Source: Macrostomum lignano
Lineage: Eukaryota
DNA length: 41,290 nt
Reading direction: 5' to 3'
Assembly: GCA_002269645.1 (NCBI GenBank)
Contig: NIVC01003048.1
Location: forward strand, 1-41,290
The notes beneath the pieces are model-generated. The model was not told the origin of the DNA and did not search any database. It saw only the letters and a list, made by a program, of their open reading frames with translations. Shown here in pieces: positions 10,750 to 23,800 of this stretch. How positions within the stretch are numbered: position 1 is the first letter of the stretch; the number at the start of each line of letters is the position of its first letter. A program made the translations under genes and the position numbers.

Positions 10750-13700
10750 CTAAGTCAAGCACTGCTCGGGTCGCTGCCAGGCCTCAGGATCGAGGTCCTT
10801 CTCCAGAGCGAGCGTCGGCTCGAGGGCCGGGTAGTTCAGCACGATTCTTCTTGCTGCCGAGGACCGGTTGTACATGAAGATGCGGGCATACGGCTGCGCG
10901 TGAAGGCTGATGTTCAGCACGTGAACGTGAGTTTCGTTGACAGTTAGAGCGAAAGCGCCGCTGTTGTCAACACTGGCAACCGTTCGAGGAATGAACTGGT
11001 AGAACTGGTCCTTGACTGCCACCAGGAAAAGCTCAACGTGCAGAATGCCGTAGCGGACATTGAGCATTCCGCTACTGCGGTTCAGGTAAACTAGAGCTGA
11101 ACCGAAACCGAACTGACCGAAACTGAAAGAGTGCAACACGAAATTTGAAACCTCAGAGTGTAGTTGATTTCCTCCGTGAACAGTGCTTCAGTTTAACAAA
11201 TCAATGATTTTTGAATTATCAATCGGCCAAGACGAAATCAACTTAAAGGCTACCTGATCCGAGTCTAGGGCTTACTTTCCCCCAAAACTCATGGCGTTCT
11301 GCTCATGGCCTCTTACGGAAGGCCAGGCCTGATAGGTAGGCTACACAGCTGATGCTCCTTGACCATCTGTTTCAAAGGACTATACTAATAGAATAGTATA
11401 CTAGCTTTTAAATTACCGTACCCACCTGCCGGAGCAAAATTCGACGTCTTCCTTCGTCAGGTTGAGTTTGGGAACCGCCACAACCTCAGTATTGACCCGG
11501 TGCAGCAGGCTGCAGACGTTGCTCTCTGTGACAAACGAAGAGTTCATCAGCAGCATGTCGGCCAGGTATTTGTTGAGAATTGCCGCATATAGCGGCTGCA
11601 GCATCGACTGCTCGCCATCGGCCAGGTTGGTGTGGGTGAACACCGCCAGTTGGCGCTTCACAAACACGTCCAGCTGGCAGCGGACATCGAAGAGGCTGCC
11701 ACCGTGGCTGTAGGCCAGGTTGTCTGTCAATGGGACGGAAATTTTCGGTGTAAATTTTTCCTGATTTTATGTGTATATGAGTGCTCACGAGTCATCGGAA
11801 TGGGCAGAATTGCCACACCGCTAGTTGAGGGACGATGTCTTTAAAGGCGTTGCGCCAGGGTGCCCACAGCCCTTCTAACAAACTAATACTATAGGGAACA
11901 GCTAAATTATTGTGTAGAAACTCACTGCGGTACCAAGTCCTGAACCAGCCCTTGCTGTAGGACTCAATCTCCAAGTCTGGAAAGTCAGTGTCCGGAGCTG
12001 TGTAAAAGTCTCGGTCGAAGTATTTATTGAAGCCGTTCTCTGCTACAAAAGCGTTCACCGGGCCGAACTGACTTGGCAACGGTCGCACACTTGAGTAGTT
12101 TGACAGCGTATGCAGTTGCATGTACTTTAGCATGTCGTCTAGGGAGATGTGCACACCGCCAGCTGCCTCCACCAGCATTGTGGAACTGAGAAGAGGTGGG
12201 CGAAATTATGGGCTGAGATTTCTTCTACATCAGTACATCGATTTCATATTTAAGTGCACTAAAAATGCATCGCCCTCACTTGCGCAGGTCGCTGCTGTCG
12301 TAGGGAATGCCGTCAATTATGGAGCGCGAATTCTGGTAGACCCTCGACCAGAGGCTAGTATTCATCTCTGAGCTGGAAAAGGTGTCCATCATATTCAACG
12401 GCGTCCACAGGTGCTCGCGCATGTACTGCGCATAGGTCTGTCCGGTGAGGCGCTGCAGAGCCAAGTCCGCCACTGTCCAGGCCAAGTTGTTGTAGCGGAA
12501 CGAGGCTCGGAAGCCGCGGATTGCCTGCAGCCGGCCTGTGGCGCTGCGATAACGGAGTGATATCGAGCTTCGTATCCTTGAAGTTGCAAATCTCTGGATC
12601 AAGTTTTATTTCTTATATGCGTTTGTGCGTGTATGCATTACATGGTCGAACGTGACAAACTTCCTAGTAAGTAGTTTCGTCAAAGCATCTTCAGCTCATT
12701 TAACAGAGGTTCTTCTCCGACTAAATCAGCTTCCTGTTTTGTAACTTGTTGCATCTCTATATCTGAATTTTTAGCGACATATGCTAATAAAGCATGTAGC
12801 TCGTAAGTAGTAAGTACCTCGTAGTTTGATGTTGTACTTGTTTAATAAAGACTACTTTGTCGACTGCACTAGTACGTAAACGTTCTTGTTTTCCACTAAA
12901 ATTAACTTGTTATACCGTAGCAACTCACTTGACAAGCTCCTCCTTTGAGCTGAAGTGTCTCAGGTACCAGAGCGAGTCATGTCGGGCTACCCCGGTCGAG
13001 TGGCTCATCAGATCCTCCAACGTCACCAAGTCGGTCCGCGTCTGGTCGATGAACCAGAACTCGTCGCCAAAAACCGATTTCAATGGCAGTTTTAGAAGGC
13101 TGCGGTTTGTAAATAAGACAAGTGGGAGAACTCAGAACTTAAACGTCAGGTGGTGGTTGATTATGCGAATAAAAAGTGCGAATCAGCCACAGCTCTTGTC
13201 CGCAAGATAAACTTAAATGAGAACCTGTGAGCTCCCCCCGCCCAGTTTCCTTCCAATTCAGAATTGGGACTCGGTCCTCAACACCCGCATGTCTGAAAGT
13301 GAGATTCTGAATAGAAACACAGTAAAATTAGGGGCTTCCGAAATTGTCTTTATCCCGAGTCACTCAACCCGTGTTGAACTATTGCTCACCTGACAACGCC
13401 AGGCGTGTCACGCGACAGGTTCTGTCCCAGCAGAGCGTTCTGAATACGCGGCAGCGCGGTGCCCAGCATTCCCTTGGACACGGACGCCAGGCTCAGAAGC
13501 ATCTGCCTATTCAGGTCTCTGACCTCAACGCCGCCTTGAGCTGTCGTCGCCTCCAGTCGGAAGTCGAAGACTGGCCGACCGGCGTGGACAGCGGCGGCGT
13601 GCAGCTGCCGGATGCCCTGACAGCGCATGGCGCGGGACAGCACGGCGCGCAGCGACTGCAGCTCCGGCTGGAACGGCTCCCTCACTGCCGAAGCCGATGC

Positions 13701-13757
13701 TGACGCGAAGTTCGCTGCAACGGCCAGGAGCAGCGTGGACAAAAAGCAATCCGACAT
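10750..13757 (-). CDS. Secreted beta-lactamase/penicillin-binding-protein-like serine hydrolase, 6 exons, about 577 aa
   Basis: Exons 13757-13390, 13099-12929, 12543-12280, 12185-11926, 11723-11426, 11122-10750; all introns GT-AG with compatible phases (the exon-3 acceptor is the least certain). Signal-peptide-like N-terminus (MSDCFLSTLLLAVAANFASA), SxxK (ASVSK), TLEDLMSHSTG, YxN (FRYNN), AAGG, YSKGW, HxG (SHGG). Confidence 0.85.
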
Positions 13758-15593
13758 GTTCAGCACCGCTCGCTGCAGCTTGACATCGGCTTGACTTGAG
13801 GCGCATTGAGCAACCCGACAAAAATCTCAACTCAGTAAATGGTTGAGAGTTTATACCCGTTGTCCAACAGCCCAGTACCCAACCCCCGACACTCTCGACC
13901 GTTGCTGTCCGAACATCCCTGGAGGCGGGGTTGGCCGAGGCTGGGCGAATCGTTGGGAACAGTTGCCCAAATAAACACAGAGATTCGGCCCTCGCCGACC
14001 CCTCGCTTCCCTCTCTCTATCTCCCTGCATCTCTCTCTTTCTCTCCGGCTTGACTTACTTGACTTGCAGGGGGGCATCGACCGGCCCCCCTCTCTTTCCG
14101 GCTCTATCAGTTTAGACAATCGGCAATTGGTTGCATTTTCCAGGAACTGCAAGGCTCGTGTTCGTTTTGTTTGCGTACTTTAGATCCGCGGATTCTCGCC
14201 GGGGGCTGGGCGAGGGCGAGCGATTGCGGCAGTTTGATAAATTTACAGATGGGATTTCCTGACGCCCAACAACGGAATGGGGAGAGAGAGGGGGATGTTT
14301 TGCCAACTGGACCTCCGTCATCCCGCTTCGCTCTGCATGCCCCGTGTTGCAAACAAGGACTGGGAGGAGGCTGAACTCTGAAAAGTTGTCGGAGACCAAT
14401 TTTTGAAATCGTTTAAACTGTACTTTTTGACTGTAGCGATCAAAATTCATTCATCCATTAGCTGAAATGTTACTCATATTGACGACTAGATCTACACGTA
14501 GAAACTAAAAATCACTTCAATGCAAGGTAGTAAATATTGCTAATATTGATCTCTCTCTCTCACTAACTCTAACGATTGGCCTCAGTGGGAGGAAAATTTG
14601 TGAAAAATCCGGCAGAAAATCTGTCGACAAAAAGGTTTAAAAAGAGAGTAACCAAAGGAAGGTAACGGAAGGGAGCAAAAAGTAACAAAATCGTTATTCC
14701 GTTATCCTAAAAAAGTAAACTATGGTTTGTTAATTCATATGAAAAAGGTAACTTCGGTTACCAACGGATCAACGCTATATAACGGAACGTGCCCAACACT
14801 GACTACGAGTGTATTATTTTTATTAGACACTTTCAGCGCATTTTAAGCGACATTGTCACACAACCGGCGAGAGGGCATTACTGCCCATTTCTGCCCAGCA
14901 GCCCGAACTTCATGTATTGTTAGGCATATACACTTCACTGTGGCTTGGAGGTTGGCCGTTAATTGCACGAGCAGAGCCAAGCCAAGATTTCAATTAATGT
15001 AGCTGCAATTGGAATTGAGCCTGAGACACAAAGCTACGTTCTAAGTTCTATATTGCCACGAGCAGGTAAATTTCTACACCTCAGTGCCCAGTGACTGAGT
15101 GCGCGCAGCAATTCAGAGTAGTATCCGGAAGGTGAAACCGCACAACTCCCAGTCAATTAAAGCTAGTTAGAAGCAACGAATCATCGAATGAACAGCAAGC
15201 AATGTGCTCTGCCGACTGTCAGACAAACCCCTCTCTGACCTGGTGCACGGCAATCTCTTCCAACCGACAAGATTTCGCTCCTAGAGTAAACATTGTTTGT
15301 ACCTTGTTGCCGAAGAGCGCTGGAGAGACATACGAGCGAGCCATTTACACCATGCTGTACAGACTTGGTCAGGAAAAAGTAACAAGTACGCGCAAAGTAG
15401 AACAATAGAGAGACGGCTTAGAACTAGCCAACCCCACAGCCTCAACAACCCCCCGCAGAAGTTTGCTTTTTAGGTTTAGGTTTTTGGTTTTTTGCGCAAA
15501 TTCGAAAGGCCATAATTTCTGATTGCAGCAAAGCTTGCATTTCTGCAGTATACTGAGCTACTTGACAGCAAATTATCACCCCATGCGCCAGCC

Positions 15594-16178
15594 ATGTCCA
15601 AAAGCTACAAGTGCGTGGTGGTAGGCGATGCCTGTGTCGGAAAGACCTGCATGGTGATGCGAATCACCGGACGAGAGCTAGATGAAAAATACATTCCTAC
15701 CATTGTGGAGAACGCAGAGTATAGGTTTCAACACCGCGGCGAGACCCGCATCCTGAATATTTGGGACACAGCTGGGCAAGAAGATTACAGAAACCTGAGA
15801 ACTAAAAGCTACTCTTCTGTGGACGTGTTCCTGCTCTGTTTCAGCCTGGTTGATAGGGACAGCTTTGAAAACTTGAGTTCCGTGTGGCTGCCAGAGCTCA
15901 GAAGTTATGAGAAGGACGCCATAGTTCTGCTGGTGGGCACCAAGCATGATCTCTGCAGAGAAGACGGCAGCCGCAGCGCTGCTGTTAGCCGGGCCAAGAT
16001 CGACGAACTGTGCGGTAGCCATGGCAGCTTAAAATACGTGGAGTGCTCCGCGCTGAAGAACTACGGCATCAAAGAGGTTGTGGAGCAGACGCTGGACTTA
16101 ATATTCGGTGTTCAAGAAGTGAGCAAGGCCCCTTCAGGGCGATCCAGGCGATCAGGAAAACGATGCGACATCCTCTAA
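15594..16178 (+). CDS. Divergent Rho-family small GTPase, intronless, 194 aa, CaaX CDIL
   Basis: GDACVGKT, YIPT, WDTAGQEDY, DVFLLCFSLV, GTKHDL, ECSAL, polybasic tail RSRRSGKR followed by CDIL. Confidence 0.92.
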   Translation: MSKSYKCVVVGDACVGKTCMVMRITGRELDEKYIPTIVENAEYRFQHRGETRILNIWDTAGQEDYRNLRTKSYSSVDVFLLCFSLVDRDSFENLSSVWLPELRSYEKDAIVLLVGTKHDLCREDGSRSAAVSRAKIDELCGSHGSLKYVECSALKNYGIKEVVEQTLDLIFGVQEVSKAPSGRSRRSGKRCDIL

Positions 16179-17962
16179 GCTCAAGGAGTGACACATGCGC
16201 TTATTAGACTGTTTTTCTGAGTAACTTTTGCCTCGTCCACAAAATTGTTTTCTTCTGTCTGCTAAAAACGTGTATAATTCAAGTCTTCCTTAATTAAATA
16301 AATATTCTATTTTTCATCTTAATTAAGAAAAAACTTAAACTTGTTCCAAAATGGGTTGGATCTACATGTACTACTGAATTTGTAAAAGTTGGACTTGCAT
16401 GAGTTGGTATAATTTCACTGTCACTGAGCAACGTCACTGTCACTGAGCATACACACTAGTTAAAAATGTGTGAAACTGAGGACCTTTACTAGAAGTTTGA
16501 TTCTCCACTATTCAGATTAGTTTCTGGTCTTAAGCGTACATTATGATAGAATTTTCGAACTATGTCTCCTAAATACTTTGCTGCTGCTAATTCTAATTTT
16601 AATGTAGCAATAAAAAGTGTAATAATTAGCGGTTTCCGCTTTTGCTTGTCAATAAAAATTAAATTTGGTCTAAGTCACTTATTTTTTCCCTTTGGCTTTG
16701 GCGCAGCTATATGCCGACCAACCTGATAAATTACCGTTAGAGCCATTAGGCTATTTTTAGTATACCGGAGGAATAACGCCAGTGTTATTTATCCGGCGCC
16801 GGACAAATAACGCAAACATTATTTCTCCGGTACCGGACAAATAACGAGGGCCATTTCGAAATATAATAGAATTACAGCCAGAATTACGCTTTAACTTTCA
16901 AATATTCTAGCGTTTTCAACTTTATAACAAAAAATATTTTTTGCGCTTATATTGCAGCGTTAGACAACACTGTTTACCTTTGTTTCTTTTTAAAATAAAA
17001 TTTTCTACTAACCCTGTAAAATAGTGTTAAACAGTCTAAAATAGGATGTTGCTATGACAAAACATTTCCTTTTTAAAAAGTAGCAATTTCGTTTAGCGAC
17101 AAATTTTGAAACTTGCAGCTTCAGCGTCAGCTGGTCAGCCTTCAAGTTTAATAACGACTAGCAGTCATTTCAATTGTGGTACTATAAATGGAAAAATGTA
17201 GCAATTTTATTTTTCGATCAAATCGGTTCTCATATTTAATTTATGTTTAACTGACATTTTAAAAGCCATTGCCTTTTTGTGCTAGACTAAAGCTGCAGGA
17301 CTAAAGTTTTTCATTAGAATATTTCGTTGTATATGCATAGATACGTGCCACCTCTCTATAAAAATTATCTAATAAGTAATTAGTTGTTAGAAACATGTTA
17401 CCAATGTGTAAATAAATGTGTTAATTTATTGGTAATTTTTATGTTGAAAGTCAAATTTGAACATTTTGAAAATTTTAACTTGGTTTCTGAGAAGGAACAT
17501 TTATTTAAGAAATATGAATATGTTTCATTCTTAAAGATAAGATTGATTCATGCATTTGGTTAATAAATTTACCAGCTTGAACCTTCAAAGATTTCTACTT
17601 TTATTTTCTTAATCTGGCATCTAATGAATATTTTTTCTGGTTCATTGGCTATTGCAATTTGTAAACTCAGTAGGTAGGCTTTGTAGTGTTTAATATTTTT
17701 ATATTAAACATAATGACATATTTGCCATCTCTATTTTGAAATCTTAGACTGGGTGTTATTAAGTTGTAAGGAATATTTTTGCTTAAAGTTGGCTCTATTA
17801 TGTATTAGATTTCATCAGTGCTTATGTTATATTTTATATTTAAATTCTAAGACTTAAACATGTTTTATTTATTTATTCTAGCGCAGTGCTGTTACAGCAC
17901 CATCACAGCAGCGTTTTATTAGCTACATTCCATATTTGCATGCTGTGAATCGCATCTCAGCC

Positions 17963-19595
<1,633 letters not shown>

Positions 19596-20802
19596 GCTGC
19601 AGACACTCGCTGCCAAGTGAAACCCTCCGATTGAGTCCTATGAGGATCCGTGAACTCTGCTCCTGATGTGCTTTGTTTATCACTTCATACGAGTATGCTG
19701 CGCTCGATTGTTAATCTTTTCCCTCTGCTCTAATTTTTTCAAGTAATTTTTAACCTACTACGAGTAGCATGAAAGCGAGTGAATTTTTCCGTAATAAAAT
19801 CATTCCAAGAGTTCCAACCAGTTTCAGCTGCACTGGATTATAAATGACAGAAGAAGTTGGATTGCAAGCTCAGAAGGTTATGCAAAGCTATAGACTTAAC
19901 TGAAGTTTGTTTCAAATTTAATTCAGTCAGTTCTCTCTATTTGTAAAAACGACAACGCATGCGCCGCGTAGGACTACTGCCAAGAGTAAACACAAGTAGT
20001 ATCTTGGGATAAGCTAATTATAAACATGCTCGAGAGCAGAAACTTTCTGTAGTTGAGTGGCGCCGGTTGAGTCAGGAAAGCGGAGCTCATGTCCAACGTG
20101 CTTGGGCGGTGCTAAAAAAGCATTTTTTATATCAGAGAGCTGTGCGGGTGGGCAATCAAGCAATTACGCAAATTGTTGTTTATAGTTAACAAAAATAGAT
20201 CAGCAAAACTGGGACATCTAATTATAGAAATAAGTTGGACCATTTCACGGAACTGCTTCTATTGGTCTGTCTGGTGAAATCGGAGCAGGCAGAAAGCGTT
20301 GCGACTGGCAACTTTGAAGCGCTGCAGAAAATCATTGCCAGAGCTTGCGAATCAGGCACGGACATTCGTGTCAAGGAAGTGGAGCAGCGGCGACTCTCCT
20401 TTCTGCATCCCGCGCCGCCAGCCCCAGCCAGTGCAAAGGAAATCAATGATTTTACAATGCCGTCCTTGAGCGGCGCCCATGGGAAGTTGAGTCTGCCATT
20501 CAGCTCGTTTATGACCGACTGCGCGGTGCTGGCGGTGATTTTTACAGTGTTGCGGGAGTCAGGCCGGCTGCGGTGTATGATGGCACAATGGCTTGGCCCC
20601 GCGCTCCGGTTTCCTTTGTCGCACTGGCATTCGCCTACAGACACAGAATATGCTTGAATAGAACTCAGCCGGCACTGGCAGGGAATGAGAGGACAAGCGG
20701 AGCAGAGACAAGAAAGGACAAATGAAAACAGAGGACAGGTGCTCGGAGGGGGCAGTGGCGGGCTGTGGAAGTGCAACGAATAGGGCGCTGTCGGACGGGT
20801 GT

Positions 20803-23800
20803 TCACAGCATGTCCAAGTCGTCGATTTTGCTCTTCACCGTTGCCGCAGTTTCCGATGAGGAAGTTGAAGCAGCGGCCGGAGTGGCAGCAGCAGACTTCA
20901 GCAGCTTGGAGGCGAGGCTGCCGCCGCCAGCTGGCTTGCCTGCCGCTGCCGCTGATGGCGTCGCTGCTGAGGCTCGCTGCTGCGACTGACTGGAGCTGCT
21001 GATTCCACTGGCGCTGCTGCCAGTGCCTGTGCTGCCACCGGTGCTGCCACCGCTGCTGCCGCTGCCGCCACTTTTGCTTGTTGGCGCCGCGGCGGAGGGC
21101 ACTTGCAGGAGGCGCAGCAGCTCCGACATCTGCTGGTCAAGCCGTCCGACTTTGCTGCTGAGGCTGCCGAGCTCCTGGCGCAGCTCCTCCCGCATCGCTC
21201 GCACGCTCTCGGCCAGCGCTTTCGTCGAGTCGGCGCCTGAAGTCGGCGGCGGCTGCTGCCGTCCTGATGGCCGGGGCGTCTCCTCGTCAACTTCCGCGAT
21301 CGGCTCTGGCGGCTTCGCCAGCTTGCCAAGGAGGCGGCCGCCAGCGGAGGATGCCGCTTCTGGGGCTTCAGTCGTGGCCGGCGCTTCCGCTGCGGCGGGC
21401 GTCGAGTCCTTCGGTGCGGCCGGCTGTGCGGCTGCCGAATCTCCGCCTCCACCGCCGCCTCCGCCGAACAGCCGCGACCACTTCGTTGCCTTCGCAGCTG
21501 GCGTGGGAGCGGCGGGTGCCGCCTCGGTCGCCGCAGGCCCAGTTGAAGCCGCCGCAGCAGCAGCCGCCGCTCCGTCCGAGGAGGAGGCCTCCTCGCCCAG
21601 CGGCGCCGAGCCGTTCTGCTTGACCGTCCCAGCGCTGCCGTCCGGCGCCTTCTTGAAGCGCGAGATCAGCTTCCGCACGGGGTGGTGCGAGCTCAGCTCC
21701 GACAGCGGCGGCTCGAACTTGCGCTTCTCGGCCAGCTCGCGCTCACGGCGAACGTCGGCAATTTTTCGGAAGACGATCTGCAAAATTTGGTTGATTTTTT
21801 AGTTATTTTACGCCACGAGGAGTGCAGACAAAGAATTCCCTCGATAATGTGCTGCTTTGGAGCTTCAGTCACTGCCAGTGACATTTGACAGCCGCACATT
21901 TGACAGCCGTACATTTGACAGCTATACAGTTGACAGCTATACATTTGACAGCTGTACATTTGACAGCTGTACATTTGACAGCTGTACATTTGACAGCTAT
22001 ACATTTGACAGCTGTACATTTGACAGCTGTACATTTGACAGCTGTACATTTGACAGCTGTACATTTGACAGCTGTACATTTGACAGCTGTACATTTGACA
22101 GCTATACATTTGACAGCTGTACATTTGACAGCTGTACATTTGACAGCCGTACATTTGACAGCTGTGCATTTGACAGCTGTACATTTGACAGCTATACATT
22201 TGACAGCTGTACATTTGACAGCTATACATTTGACAGCTGTACATTTGACAGCGTACCCTCGGCCGCAGGAGAGTACAGGCAGTCAGAAATATATTCACCC
22301 GACCTTCATACGGCCCCATTGCCAGATATCCCAGAACGGGACTAACCCTGTGCCGCATGTTGTAGGTCAGCACCAGATTCCGAGCGAAAGAGTTTGAGAA
22401 GGCCTGATAAAAGTTGAGCACCTCCAGCAGGCTGTCCCGCTTGATGCAGTGCAGGTCGCAGTAGGTCAGCGCCCTGGCGCTGGCGGCCGACTGGCCCAGG
22501 GGCGCCTCTCGCCAGAACGTGTCGCCGAACACGTCGCCCTTGCCTGGAGAGCATAATGTATTTGTTTACTGCAGTCAGTAGTGCTCAAGCAGCTGTCTGG
22601 GGCCAGCCATAACACACATTCGATTGGCTCAATCATTCCAAGCTCAGGCCCCCAGCCTCTGCAGTCTATTCGAGCTTGAAATCCGGTTTAAACTGGAATC
22701 TGAGCTGCTCAGTATAAAGTCACAGTTGCAGTAACGACTGTATAACAGTCCAAATAATCATGCAGTAATTACGGCTATAATCCCCACACCCGGAGATGCA
22801 AAACATTTTGTTAGAAATCGAGAAAAAAATACTTCTCTCTAAGTGCGCTCGGGCCGAAGTCTGTTAATTAATCCCCAGGTTTTATGGGGATATATTTTTC
22901 TTAGTCCGCGACTCGCTCCCCAGAGTGACTGCGAATTAGCGAGATGAGGAGGGGAGAAAATCATCCTGCTCAGCGGGACGCGGGATCCCGGCTTTTTGGG
23001 GGATTTTTGGAAAAATTATTTCGACCTCTTCTCATCTGCACGAGTTGGGCAGGGAGGGGGGGGACCGCACACTGACTCAGAATGCACCGCCGAGCTGGGG
23101 AGCTCGGAACCGCCCCGTGTGTCCTTTTCCTGTCTGTCCTAATCCGGCTGGAGATCAGGATTAATCAGTGGTGCACCCAGCAGGTGTCTGCGGGACTATC
23201 TACCTACCTGCAGTATCTACCTACATGCAGAATCTACCTACCTGCAGAATCTACCTACCTGCAGTATCTACCTACCTGCAGAATCTACCTACCTGCAGAA
23301 TCTACCTACCTGCAGTATCTACCTACCTGCAGAATCTACCTACCTGCAGTATATACCTACCTGCAGAATCTACCTACCTGCAGTATCTACCTACCTGCAG
23401 AATCTACCTACCTGCAGTATATACCTACCTGCAGAATCTACCTACCTGCAGTATATACCTACCTGCAGAATCTACCTACCTGCAGAATCTACCTACCTGA
23501 AGTATCTACCTACCTGTAGTATTTATTTACCCATTATCTACCTACATGCAGTATCTACCTACCTGCAGTATCTACTTACATGCAGTATCTACCTACCTGC
23601 AGTATCTACCTACCTGAAGTATCTACCTACCTGCAGTATCTGTCTATCTGCAATATCTGTCTATCTGCAGTATCTGTCTATCTGCAATATCTGTCTATCT
23701 GCAATATCTGTCTACCTGCAATATCTGTCTACCTACAATATCTGTCTATCTGCAATATCTGTCCATCTGCAATATCTGTCTACCTATAATATCTGTCTAC

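Noticed and set aside
10750-13757. Bacterial contamination or a true antibiotic-resistance gene
   Set aside because: The gene has five phase-consistent spliceosomal introns and sits among animal genes; the fold does not by itself imply beta-lactam hydrolysis.
20222-20806. Overlapping 140-aa (+, TTG start) and 194-aa (-) ORFs just 3' of eag
   Set aside because: No recognisable motif, ATG context or splice pattern; most simply the eag 3' UTR. Not fully excluded without RNA data.
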